56,476 nucleotides of DNA from positions 1-56,476 of the forward strand of contig CACZRV010000037.1 in the NCBI GenBank assembly GCA_902783725.1. Reading direction: 5' to 3'. The position numbers and the translations under genes are program-made. The notes beneath the pieces were generated by a model, which did no database searches, was not told where the DNA came from, and saw only the letters and a program-made list of their open reading frames with translations. The stretch comes from an uncultured Lachnospiraceae bacterium. GTDB taxonomy: Bacteria; Bacillota; Clostridia; Lachnospirales; Lachnospiraceae. Position 1 is the stretch's first letter; every line of letters begins with the position of its first letter. Shown in pieces: positions 26,087 to 35,388 of the stretch.

Positions 26087-27121
26087 CTAGTACAGGCTTC
26101 CGGAGTTGACCACCGGCTGTGCGTCGTGGTTGCCGCAGAGCACTACCAAAAGGTTCGAAACCATGGATGCCTTGCGCTCCTCGTCGAGCTCGACGGTCTT
26201 GTTCTCGCTGAGGCGGTCGAGGGCAAGTTCCACCATGCCTACCGCGCCGTCCACGATCATCTTCCGAGCGTCGATGATGGCGGATGCCTGCTGGCGCTGA
26301 AGCATTGCCGCAGCAATCTCCGGTGCGTAGGCGAGGTATGTGATGCGCGCTTCGTGGATGCGAAGACCCGCAACGGCCACGCGATCCTGGATCTCCTGAC
26401 GGATGCGGTCCGCCACGATCTCGCTGGAGCCTCTCAGGCTGCCCTCGTCGGCGATGCCGTCGCCGGTGGTGTCCACGCCGGGCGCCACGTCATAGGGGTA
26501 GATCCGGACAATGTTCCGAAGCGAGGTGTCGCACTGCAGCGAGAGATATTCCTTGAAGTTCTCCACGTTGAAGACAGCCTTCGCGGTGTCTCCGATGCTC
26601 CACGTCACGGCGATTCCGATCTCCACCGGCGTACCGAGGCGGTCGTTGATCTTCTGACGGTTGTTGTTGAGCGTCATCACTTTAAGAGAGAGCTTGTTGT
26701 TCGGCAGACCGAAGCCCGCTGCGGAGGAGAGCGTCACAGGCTCGATGGTCTTGACGTCGCCGCTCTGGTTGAGCTGCGTCTTCGCCGCCGGGTTGATGGA
26801 CGAGCAGAACGGGTTGACGAAGAAGAAACCGTCGCCGCGGATCGTGCCGTAGTAGCGGCCGAACAGCGTGAGCACCAGCGCTTCCTGCGGCTTCAGAACC
26901 CGCAGTCCCAAAAGCGGTAACCAGCCGAAGCTGACGATTGCCGCGCCGATCACGATCAGCGGAACGTTGAGCTCGACACAGCCGTACGTGAGTGCCACAA
27001 CGCCGGCCAGGATCAGCAGCAGTGTGAGAAAGAACGCGAGCATGCCGTGTTTCTTTCCGTCCAGAGTAATCTCCTTGCACTCGTTGTTGATAAATGTTAC
27101 TTTCCTGTCATTCGTTTCCAT
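26087..27121 (-). CDS. SPFH/Band 7 (stomatin/prohibitin-like) domain membrane protein
   Basis: 344 aa. N-terminal hairpin of two TM helices, then an SPFH-like core (…[24 protein letters not shown]…) and a C-terminal coiled region [18 protein letters not shown]. Confidence 0.75.
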   Translation of the reverse strand: METNDRKVTFINNECKEITLDGKKHGMLAFFLTLLLILAGVVALTYGCVELNVPLIVIGAAIVSFGWLPLLGLRVLKPQEALVLTLFGRYYGTIRGDGFFFVNPFCSSINPAAKTQLNQSGDVKTIEPVTLSSAAGFGLPNNKLSLKVMTLNNNRQKINDRLGTPVEIGIAVTWSIGDTAKAVFNVENFKEYLSLQCDTSLRNIVRIYPYDVAPGVDTTGDGIADEGSLRGSSEIVADRIRQEIQDRVAVAGLRIHEARITYLAYAPEIAAAMLQRQQASAIIDARKMIVDGAVGMVELALDRLSENKTVELDEERKASMVSNLLVVLCGNHDAQPVVNSGSLY

Positions 27122-27287
27122 AGGATACCTCCAGTATAGTTTCCGAAACGTTTATAAAGATAATGTTACCGGCCGCAGTCTTGCACAAGACCCCGTTGTT
27201 TCGACCGACGGTGATATCGTTTTGATATCATCTTGAAACTAAAATACCACGATTTTTCGAAAATGTCAACACCATTTAACAAAAAGC

Positions 27288-27316
27288 TTGAAAAACATTT
27301 ACCATTTTGCTAAAAT
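27288..27316 (+). promoter_or_regulatory. Sigma-A-like promoter
   Basis: TTGAAA, 17 nt spacer, TAAAAT. Confidence 0.5.
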
Positions 27317-27370
27317 AAGCGAAAGGACGGCAGCGGTTCACTTGTCGTCCGGAAAATGGGGGTAATTGTC

Positions 27371-28717
27371 ATGGGGAGTACGAGAAGCAAAATAATGGTT
27401 GCGTGCATCTGCGCCGTGGCGCTGGCTGCAGGGGTGGTTTTATTTTTCGCACTTCGGGACCGGAATGATATCAAGGAAACGGTCAGAATTCCGGAGGTGC
27501 CCGAGGGAAGCGTGCTGATCTGGTGCCTGACCGAGGAGTACGATGTCGATGAGAACGGGAAGCAGCAGCTTCTGTTCGAAAGCAAATACGACGACACCGG
27601 CCGGTGTGTCTCCGCGAAGCACTATGTCCTCGGGGGAACGACTTCGAAGGCGGAGAAACTCAGTTACGAGTATGATCTGAAGACTCATTACATCCGCGAG
27701 GTCATCCTGGATGAGGGGCTGGTGATGTATGAGACCATCGATTCTGCGGGCAGAACGAGGGATCTGCGGTACCAGACCGTCGAAAAATCCGGCGCGCTCG
27801 GCGGCGGCAAGATGTATGTGCTGGATGAGAATGCGAGATTTGTCTCGGAGACCTTCTATAACGAAGAGGGTGCCGAGGAGAGCAAAAGAACGCATGATTA
27901 TGATTCCTGCGGTTACGAGATCAGCAGAATCCGGATTGACATAAAAACCGGCGAAGAGCAGGTTGTGAGACGGGCGGAGCTTGATGATCGGGGCAGAGCT
28001 CTGCGGATTTACGAGCGCGACTACGATTCGCCGGAGGAAAAACTGATTCTGGAAGCGGAGTACGCTGCAGACGGCAGCCGACTGGAGCGAAGCTACACGT
28101 ACGATGACTCCGGGAATCCAAGGATCAAGGAGTACAACGCAAACGGAGATCTGGTTACCGATATCATTTACCGCGAGACGGACGACGGCGGGATTCAGAC
28201 AGACAAAACCGTGATCGTGTACAAGGACGGTCGGGAAGCGACCAAAACCGTGTACCTCGATGATGAGATCTCGTCGGTGACGACAACCGTGTATGAGCAG
28301 GGGGATCACAGCAGCACCGTGACTGTTACGGAGGAGTACACCAACATCTACGGGGAGAAGATCAAGCGCGTCAAAACCGAGACCTGCCGCTATTACGGCG
28401 ACAGCCTGCCGGAGGAGGAGAAGTACGAAAACCGGGAGATTCGAAGCTATACCCTGGGGGAGAACGGAGTGAGATACGGCGAAGAGATCACCCTCTATGA
28501 GTTCAAGTACGACGAGTACGGCAACCGCATCGCCTACCGGAAGACGAAAACCGCAGACGGTGAAACCAGGTACTGCCACGGCGGATGCTACGTCTACAAG
28601 CCGATGGTGATCACGAAGGAACAGGCTGCGGAAAATGCAGAATTTTACGACTATCACTTCCACCAGGTTCTGGACGAGGTCAGCTCGAAAGACGCGAACG
28701 AGGACTGGATCTGGTAG
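27371..28717 (+). CDS. Membrane-anchored protein built of YD/RHS-like repeats
   Basis: Start MGSTRSK after GGGGG (an alternative ATG is at 27356). One N-terminal TM, then repeated Y-D-x-x-G-R/N units (YDDTGRCV, LDDRGRALRIYE, YTYDDSGNPRI, YDEYGNRIAY). No recognisable C-terminal toxin or RHS core cap. Confidence 0.6.
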   Translation: MGSTRSKIMVACICAVALAAGVVLFFALRDRNDIKETVRIPEVPEGSVLIWCLTEEYDVDENGKQQLLFESKYDDTGRCVSAKHYVLGGTTSKAEKLSYEYDLKTHYIREVILDEGLVMYETIDSAGRTRDLRYQTVEKSGALGGGKMYVLDENARFVSETFYNEEGAEESKRTHDYDSCGYEISRIRIDIKTGEEQVVRRAELDDRGRALRIYERDYDSPEEKLILEAEYAADGSRLERSYTYDDSGNPRIKEYNANGDLVTDIIYRETDDGGIQTDKTVIVYKDGREATKTVYLDDEISSVTTTVYEQGDHSSTVTVTEEYTNIYGEKIKRVKTETCRYYGDSLPEEEKYENREIRSYTLGENGVRYGEEITLYEFKYDEYGNRIAYRKTKTADGETRYCHGGCYVYKPMVITKEQAAENAEFYDYHFHQVLDEVSSKDANEDWIW

Positions 28718-28794
28718 GAGTTGAACGGGATCGGCGGCAACCTCGCCGGGGCCGGCGGAACTGAGCGGAGTTCGGCAGAAATGAAAAAGAAAAA

Positions 28795-28838
28795 GGGCAG
28801 GTGTGCGAAAGATCGTGTCACCTGCCCTGATTTATTTT
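28795..28838. terminator. Bidirectional intrinsic terminator
   Basis: GGGCAGGTG...CACCTGCCC flanked by GAAAAAGAAAAA and TGATTTATTTT. Lies between convergent genes. Confidence 0.8.
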
Positions 28839-28844
28839 CCGGAT

Positions 28845-30581
28845 TTATTGCGCTGTGCCCGCAAGATACAAAGAGCGGTAGAAGGTGTCGCCGGACATGA
28901 GCGTGTCGTGGGTTCCCTGCTCGATCACATTGCCGTCCTTCATCACTAAGATGAGGTCGGCATTTTTGATCGTCGAGAGCCGGTGGGCGACGATGAAACT
29001 GGTGCGGCCCTTCATCATCACCTGGAAGGCGTCCTGAATCTTCCATTCGGTGCGGGTGTCGATGGAGGAGGTTGCCTCGTCGAGGATGAGGATCGGCGGC
29101 AGGCAGAGCATGACGCGGGCGATGCACAACAGCTGGCGCTGGCCTGCGGATAAGCCGCCGCCGTGTTCGCCGAGAACCGTGTCGTAGCCATCCGGAAGAC
29201 GGCGGATGAAGCTGTGCGCGTGGGCGGCCTTTGCGGCGGCCTTGATCTCGTCGTCGGTGGCTTCGGGTCGGCCCATGGCGATGTTGTCGCGGATCGTTCC
29301 GTCCGAGAGCCACGTATCCTGCAGCACCATTCCGATGTTGCGGCGCAGGTACGATTTCGGGATGTCGGGAAGCGGGATGCCGTCGAAGGTGACGGTGCCG
29401 CTGTCAATCTCGTAGAAGCGCATCAAAAGGTTGATAAGCGTCGTCTTGCCGCAGCCGGTGGGACCGACGATGGCGATGCGTGAGCCGGCGCGAACGGAGA
29501 TGTTCATGTCGGTGATGAGCGGGCGGTCCTTCACGTAGGAAAACGCAACATGCGTAAACGAGATGTCTCCGCGGAGCGACTCGGGAAGATCCGGACCCTC
29601 CTCCTGAACCGCCGGGAGCGGCTCGTCAAGAAGTTCGAAAATGCGCGCCGCGCAGGCCAGTGCATTCTGCAGCTCGGTGACAACGCCGGAGATCTCGTTG
29701 AAGGGCTTTGCGTACTGCCCCGCGTACGCCAGCATCGTGGTCAGCATACCGACCGAGAGGCTGCCGCCGATGACGGCGAAGGAGCCCACCAGCGTGCAGG
29801 CCGCGTAGACGGTGGAGTTGACGAAGCGCGTGCAGGGGTTGGTGAGGGACGAGAAGAACGTCGCTTTCAGGGCGCAGTCGCAGAGCTTTTCATCGCACTC
29901 GTCGAAGCTTTCCGCCGCGCGGGATTCGTAGGAGTATGCCTGCACCACCTTCTGCTGTCCGACGAGTTCGTCAATCAGGGAAGTCTGGGCGCTTCGCGCG
30001 AGGCTCTGCTCGCGGAAGAGCTTAAATGTCCGGGATGCGATGAAGCGCGCGACGAACAGGGAAAGGGGCGTTAAGAGCATGACAACAAGGGCAATCTTGA
30101 CATTGGTCAGGAACATCAAGGTGAGCGTTCCCAGGATGGTCAGAATGCCGGTGAAGAACTGGGCAAATCCCAGGAGCAGGCCGTCCGCCACCTGGTCCAC
30201 GTCGGTGATGACGCGGCTCACGATCTCGCCGTTGCTGCGGCTGTCGAGGTAGGAGAGCGGAAGTCTCGTGATGTGGTTGATCGCATCGTTGCGGATGTCG
30301 CGGACGGTGCGGAAGCAGACGCGGTTTAACAGAAGCGTCATCAGCCACGAGCTGACCGCGGAGATCAGCACGAAAATGCCCGCGGTGCGCAGGAAGCCCC
30401 AGAGCGCGCCGAAGGCCACATCGCCGGGGCCGACGATGGTGTCGATGGCGTCACCGATGCGCTTCGGAACAAGAATCTGCAAAATGACGGACGCGGCTGC
30501 CAGCAGCAGTGCCAGAATAAGCAAAGGCAGGGAGCGGCGCAGATAGCGAAGAAGGCGGGAGAGGATATGACGCATTTTCAT
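28845..30581 (-). CDS. ABC exporter, fused permease/ATPase subunit
   Basis: Start MKMRHIL with ATGA overlap of the upstream stop. Walker A GPTGCGKTT, signature LSAGQRQL, ILILDEAT. Confidence 0.85.
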   Translation of the reverse strand: MKMRHILSRLLRYLRRSLPLLILALLLAAASVILQILVPKRIGDAIDTIVGPGDVAFGALWGFLRTAGIFVLISAVSSWLMTLLLNRVCFRTVRDIRNDAINHITRLPLSYLDSRSNGEIVSRVITDVDQVADGLLLGFAQFFTGILTILGTLTLMFLTNVKIALVVMLLTPLSLFVARFIASRTFKLFREQSLARSAQTSLIDELVGQQKVVQAYSYESRAAESFDECDEKLCDCALKATFFSSLTNPCTRFVNSTVYAACTLVGSFAVIGGSLSVGMLTTMLAYAGQYAKPFNEISGVVTELQNALACAARIFELLDEPLPAVQEEGPDLPESLRGDISFTHVAFSYVKDRPLITDMNISVRAGSRIAIVGPTGCGKTTLINLLMRFYEIDSGTVTFDGIPLPDIPKSYLRRNIGMVLQDTWLSDGTIRDNIAMGRPEATDDEIKAAAKAAHAHSFIRRLPDGYDTVLGEHGGGLSAGQRQLLCIARVMLCLPPILILDEATSSIDTRTEWKIQDAFQVMMKGRTSFIVAHRLSTIKNADLILVMKDGNVIEQGTHDTLMSGDTFYRSLYLAGTAQ

Positions 30582-32347
30582 ACGGCACCTCCTTCCGCGA
30601 CCGCAAGGCCCGAGGCCGCCGCAATCTCGCGGTAGACCGGGCAGGTCGAGAGAAGTTCGTCGTGGGTGCCGTTGCCAACCAGCTCCCCGTCCTCGAGGAC
30701 GAGGATGCGGTCGCACCCCGTGAGGGCGCCGGCGCGCTGGGAAACATAGAGAACGGTCCGGTTGCGCTCCTCACGAAGCGCGCGGCGAAGCTTCTGCTCC
30801 GTCGCATAGTCAAGCGCCGAGCCGGAATCATCCAGGATCAAAATGCGTGCGTCGGTGACGAAGGCGCGGGCGATGGTGAGACGCTGCCGCTGGCCGCCGG
30901 AGAAGTTGCTGCCGCCCTTGGAAACCGGGGCGTCCAGCCCTTCGGGGAGGGCGCGCACAAAATCCGCCGCACAGGATTTTTCGAGAGCCGCCCAGAGTTC
31001 GTCGTCGGTGGCGTTCGGATTTCCGAAGAGGAGGTTGCTGCGCACCGTGCCCGCGAACAGCACCGCCTTCTGCGGAACCACGCGGACCGCAGAGCGAAGG
31101 GAATCGAGGTCATACTCGCCGACGCTGCGGCCGAAGACGGAAAGCGCTCCGTCCGTGATATCATAAAATCTGGGGATCAACTGCACAAGCGAGGTCTTGC
31201 CGGAGCCGGTACCGCCGATGACGCCGACATATTCTCCCGGGAAGATGTCGCAGGAGATGTGCGAGAGCATCTCCGACGAGGCCTTCGCGTAGCGGAGCGA
31301 GACATCGCGGAAGGAAACCACCGGCGCGGCGACGCCTTCTTCGGAAGAGGCGTCGGCAAATGCATCCGCGTCCACGGGGATCGCATTTTCCGGCGAGACC
31401 ACGGAAGGGGTGATCTCAAAGATGCTCTGTACGCGGTTGCCGCAGGCCACAGCGCGGGTAATATTGATGATGAGGTTCGCGAGCTTCACAAGCTCGACGA
31501 GGATCTGGCTCATGTAGTTGTAGAGAGCGATGACCGCGCCCTGGGTGAGAAGACCGGCCTCCACGCGGAGTGCGCCGGTGTAGACTAAAAGAAGGATCGC
31601 CAGGTTGACGAGGCAGTAGGTGAGCGGATTGAGGAGGGCGGAGACACCGCCGACGGTCCGCTGCTCGTGCTCAAGTTCCTTCGTGCGGTCGCCGAAGTCT
31701 TTGCGCTCGGCGGCTTCCTTATTGAACGCCCGCAGCACGCGCACGCCCGCGAGATTGCGGCGAAGCGCGCCGACAACGCGGTCCAGACGTTCCTGGACGC
31801 GGCGGTACAGAGGGATGCTGATGAGCATGATCGCGAAGATGACGATCGCGAGAATGGGGATCAGGCCGGCGAAGACAAGGGCCGCGCGGTGATCCACCGT
31901 ATAGGCCATGACAGTGGCGCCCAGAACGATGAACGGCGAGCGCATCAACAGACGGAGCGTCAGATTCACGCCGTTCTGGATCTGGTTCATGTCGCCGGTG
32001 AGGCGTGTGATGAGGGTGTCCGTTCCGATGGTGTCAATCTCCGTGTAGGAGAGCGTGCCGAGATGCTTGAAAAGGGCGCGGCGGATCCGGCCGGTGAACG
32101 AGACGGCGACCTTCGCGGAGAAGTACTGCGCCGTGACGGCAAAGGCCAGTCCCGCGACACCGAAGAGAACCATCAAAAGAACGCGACGCACGATGAAGCC
32201 GCGGTCGCCCTGCGCGATGCCGGTGTCAATTATGGAAGCGACGATCAGGGGAACCAGAAGCTCCATGACCGCCTCGAAAAATTTGAACAGCGGAGCGGCC
32301 ACGGCCCGGAGCCGGTAACCGTCCATAAAGCGAAGTAATTTGCGCAT
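30578..32347 (-). CDS. ABC exporter, fused permease/ATPase subunit
   Basis: 589 aa. Walker A GGTGSGKTS, signature FSGGQRQR, ILILDDSGSALD. Confidence 0.85.
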   Translation of the reverse strand: MRKLLRFMDGYRLRAVAAPLFKFFEAVMELLVPLIVASIIDTGIAQGDRGFIVRRVLLMVLFGVAGLAFAVTAQYFSAKVAVSFTGRIRRALFKHLGTLSYTEIDTIGTDTLITRLTGDMNQIQNGVNLTLRLLMRSPFIVLGATVMAYTVDHRAALVFAGLIPILAIVIFAIMLISIPLYRRVQERLDRVVGALRRNLAGVRVLRAFNKEAAERKDFGDRTKELEHEQRTVGGVSALLNPLTYCLVNLAILLLVYTGALRVEAGLLTQGAVIALYNYMSQILVELVKLANLIINITRAVACGNRVQSIFEITPSVVSPENAIPVDADAFADASSEEGVAAPVVSFRDVSLRYAKASSEMLSHISCDIFPGEYVGVIGGTGSGKTSLVQLIPRFYDITDGALSVFGRSVGEYDLDSLRSAVRVVPQKAVLFAGTVRSNLLFGNPNATDDELWAALEKSCAADFVRALPEGLDAPVSKGGSNFSGGQRQRLTIARAFVTDARILILDDSGSALDYATEQKLRRALREERNRTVLYVSQRAGALTGCDRILVLEDGELVGNGTHDELLSTCPVYREIAAASGLAVAEGGAV

Positions 32348-32572
32348 GAAACAGAATCCCTCTTTGTTGTGGTGAGTGCTGCCTCCCTAATAATACCTAT
32401 TTTCCGAAGAAATCGCAAGAGGTCGTTATACTGCTGCACGCAGCCGTATGGTTTACCTGCGGTTTGTACAAGAAATCTTTCGCAAATAATTGACAAACCA
32501 GTTTGTTTGTGTACAATGTGTTATACAGTATTGTTGCAATTCGGCATGAATTATGCTGTTGTGGGGGATTAC

Positions 32573-33175
32573 ATGAAAAAGTTAATACGAATCAGTATAC
32601 TTGCAGGTGTTCTGCTTTTTTTCTGTGCATATTTTATAATTTTCATAGTTTTTTCTGTAACGTGGGATCTTACGGATGTCACGTTATCCAAAATTTCACC
32701 GGAACTGTTCGAGTTCCATCAATATCAAAAATATCTCACAAATGATTCTCAACAACAATTTCTGATTGGCGAAGCTCAAGGAAGCGATATGGAGCACTAT
32801 TCTCTTGAGGATTACCTTGAGGTTACAATCTCTGTTTCCTGTAATTCTCGCGTGCCCTCGTTATTGCAAGGAGTTTTCGGAGCACGGAATCCAATGATAA
32901 TTCTTTCAAACCGGAATAAACTGCCGGAGAGGTTGATTTACTGCGATGTCGGAGAGAATGAATCGCAGGAGTTTCTCGGTGAGGAGGATCCGTGTATGTT
33001 TACAATGTTCTTCTTTGTACAGGGACTGACTCCGGAAGAAGCAAATACATATATTTCCGATGCTCTTTCAAAACTTGAGTTTTCCTTGATTTACGAGCAG
33101 GAATTTTTCGGATCGAGGGAGAGGACGATTTGTTTTTCAAACGAAGCAACTCGAAAGATTCATTCGATTGACTGA
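32573..33175 (+). CDS. Single-pass membrane protein, paralog A of an unknown family (low-GC island)
   Basis: Start MKKLIR after GGGGGA. One N-terminal TM. Shares blocks FIVFSVTWDLT, CNSRVP, LPERLIYCD, GLTPEEANTYI and FSLIY with the protein encoded at 34056..34649. Confidence 0.6.
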   Translation: MKKLIRISILAGVLLFFCAYFIIFIVFSVTWDLTDVTLSKISPELFEFHQYQKYLTNDSQQQFLIGEAQGSDMEHYSLEDYLEVTISVSCNSRVPSLLQGVFGARNPMIILSNRNKLPERLIYCDVGENESQEFLGEEDPCMFTMFFFVQGLTPEEANTYISDALSKLEFSLIYEQEFFGSRERTICFSNEATRKIHSID

Positions 33176-33260
33176 AACTGTGCTGATAATCGGGACTTGG
33201 AGTACAACGGAACAGGCACCGGTTCCTTTGTAATACAAAAAATTTTAAGGGGGATTTAAA

Positions 33261-34037
33261 GTGAAAAGATTTAAAAAGATGATGTGTGCGGCGCTTGTTG
33301 CTGTAATGGTTGTCTCCACGGGAGCGCAAGCGAAGGATTATGACGGTTCTAAGGCCGGAAGGTATGCAGACGATCACGCAGATAAGAATTCTTATAATCC
33401 TGAATATCCGGCGTTTGATTCAGATTGTACGAATTTTACGTCGCAGTGCATTGTTGCTGGTGGATTTCCGACAATCGGATTACCGTTGTCGGAGGCAGTA
33501 AAATGCTACAGAATTTTCAGAAGACCGTCAGTATATCACTCATATGCCTATTTCTCGTATGTTTGGTATCAGACAATCCGGGATTATGTTGCAACAACAC
33601 CCTGGACAGTTGCGGGAGCAGCCAGCGGCGACAGTTTCTTTGGGTTTTGGGATTATGTGAAGTATAAAGGGGCTTCGCCAAGAACGTACTACTTCGGAAA
33701 CGACAGCACATATCAACAGAGATTGGAGGAGCTGATTAATCTTGCGGAAGTCGGAGATATCATTCAGATATCACATGTTTCGGACTCGAAGACAGCAAAC
33801 CATAGCTACATAGTTTCCAGAAAGGAAATTGAGAGGACGGTTGATCCGCACCCGGGGAAGAGACATATTTATGTTTGTGCCCATACAAGCAACAGAAGAA
33901 ATGACGACTTTGAACTTCTCGTTACGAAAAATCGGGCAAAGGATGGCGCTGCAATCAAAAAGACTGACACGGTGTATTTGTGGCGAGTTACTGCTATGAA
34001 TATGAACGAGATGGCAAAGAAGAAAGTATACAAATAG
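33261..34037 (+). CDS. Secreted putative amidase (Amidase_6 / NlpC-P60-superfamily cysteine hydrolase)
   Basis: GTG start after AAGGGGGA. Signal peptide …VVSTGAQA. YNPEYPAFDSDCTNFTSQCIVAGG is the characteristic Cys motif of the 'putative amidase domain' family, with a downstream …TANHSYIV His motif. Confidence 0.65.
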   Translation: MKRFKKMMCAALVAVMVVSTGAQAKDYDGSKAGRYADDHADKNSYNPEYPAFDSDCTNFTSQCIVAGGFPTIGLPLSEAVKCYRIFRRPSVYHSYAYFSYVWYQTIRDYVATTPWTVAGAASGDSFFGFWDYVKYKGASPRTYYFGNDSTYQQRLEELINLAEVGDIIQISHVSDSKTANHSYIVSRKEIERTVDPHPGKRHIYVCAHTSNRRNDDFELLVTKNRAKDGAAIKKTDTVYLWRVTAMNMNEMAKKKVYK

Positions 34038-34055
34038 AATTGTTCAGAGGATTTT

Positions 34056-34649
34056 ATGAAGAAGAAAATAATCGTTTCATGCGGCATTGTAGTTCTGGCG
34101 TTAACTGTGTTTGTTTTACGGTTCATTGTGTTTTCGGTTAGCTGGGAATTGACAAGCGCTAAAACAGCGAGCATGCCGGAATATCTGTTTGATCTGGAAT
34201 TGTATGCTCGTTACAACGGTTCGAATGAACAGAACTTTTTTATCGAAACAGCCGAAGGAAGTGACATTAAGCTGTATGCGGCACAAGACTATTTGCTTGC
34301 GAACATCGTTGTGCAATGTAACAGCCGTGTTCCGGGTGTGTTGCGGGAGTTTGTCGGTGAACAGGAGCCAAAGATTGTTTTATGCAGAACTGACTTGCCG
34401 GAGAGATTGGTTTATTGCGATGACGGAGACGGGTCCGACAGTTCCTTTGCGGAACCGGACTCGCCATGCTCGATTCTCTTCATTTTCTTCATAAAAGGTA
34501 TGAGCAGGGAAGAAGCAGATAGTTATGTCCGAAATGCTATTGCCAATATGAAATTCTCGTTGATATATGTACAGAATGGATTCGGTGCCAGAGAGCAAAG
34601 CGTTCACTTTTCAGAAAAGGACTTAAGTATTATGCGTTCCGAAGAATGA
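34056..34649 (+). CDS. Single-pass membrane protein, paralog B of the same unknown family
   Basis: 197 aa, AGAGGA SD. Roughly 35-40% identical by eye to the 32573..33175 product over its full length, with the same conserved Cys positions. Confidence 0.6.
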   Translation: MKKKIIVSCGIVVLALTVFVLRFIVFSVSWELTSAKTASMPEYLFDLELYARYNGSNEQNFFIETAEGSDIKLYAAQDYLLANIVVQCNSRVPGVLREFVGEQEPKIVLCRTDLPERLVYCDDGDGSDSSFAEPDSPCSILFIFFIKGMSREEADSYVRNAIANMKFSLIYVQNGFGAREQSVHFSEKDLSIMRSEE

Positions 34650-34660
34650 TTCGATTTGCG

Positions 34661-34696
34661 GCGGGTCGGAATCCTGTTTGTCCGACCCGCATTTTC
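34661..34696 (+). terminator. Intrinsic terminator (possibly leaky) inside the island
   Basis: GCGGGTCGGA...TCCGACCCGC followed by ATTTTC. Confidence 0.65.
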
Positions 34697-34722
34697 AAAA
34701 CGTATACGAATGAGGTGATGAA

Positions 34723-35388
34723 ATGTCGTTGTTCGAGCTAAATAAAGTTTGCTGTACACTTGGAGAGGGAGAGAGTCAAAAGGAAGTTTTGCGTGGAATA
34801 AGCGGAGTGATAGAGCCAGGACAAGTAGTTTCGATTGTAGGACCGTCAGGTGCAGGAAAAAGCACTTTGCTGAATGTAATGTCGGGGCTGGAACGTATCA
34901 CGTCAGGAGAAGTGCTGTACGGAGGACAGAATATCGCTGCATTGTCGGAGAAGCAGCGAGCACGGTTGCGATTAAAAGAATTCGGCTTTGTGTTTCAGGC
35001 CTTTCATTTGATTCCTTCTTTGACCGTTTATGATAACATCGTCCTACCTGTCGCGATGAATCGAAAAGCGGTTGATCGGGAGTACTATGAAGAACTGATC
35101 GACTGCCTGGGAATCAGTGGGCTGGAAAACAAAAAAGCCTTACAGATCTCCGGTGGAGAGATGCAGAGAGTGGCAATTGCCAGAGCAATGATAAATAAGC
35201 CTAGTGTTCTCTTCGCGGACGAGCCTACGGGGAATCTGGACAGTGCTAACGGTGATCGGGTTTTTTCATTGCTGATACAATGCTCAAAGTCTTTTGGTCA
35301 GACGTTAATCTATGTTACACATGATGGCGAAAAGGCTAAGCTTTCTGATGTTTGCTGGCATATTTTAGATGGGGTGGTGAGCGAATGA
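34723..35388 (+). CDS. MacB/FtsE/LolD-type ABC ATPase
   Basis: 221 aa. Walker A GPSGAGKST, Q-loop, signature ISGGEMQR, Walker B VLFADEPTGNLD (the typical MacB-type D-loop). Confidence 0.85.
   Translation: MSLFELNKVCCTLGEGESQKEVLRGISGVIEPGQVVSIVGPSGAGKSTLLNVMSGLERITSGEVLYGGQNIAALSEKQRARLRLKEFGFVFQAFHLIPSLTVYDNIVLPVAMNRKAVDREYYEELIDCLGISGLENKKALQISGGEMQRVAIARAMINKPSVLFADEPTGNLDSANGDRVFSLLIQCSKSFGQTLIYVTHDGEKAKLSDVCWHILDGVVSE

Noticed and set aside
25139-26920. Plus-strand ORFs 25139..25852 (237 aa), 25653..26090 and 26075..26920 (281 aa).
   Set aside because: They are antisense to the DUF1648, RHH and SPFH genes, which have recognisable family features. Their composition is typical of shadow frames.
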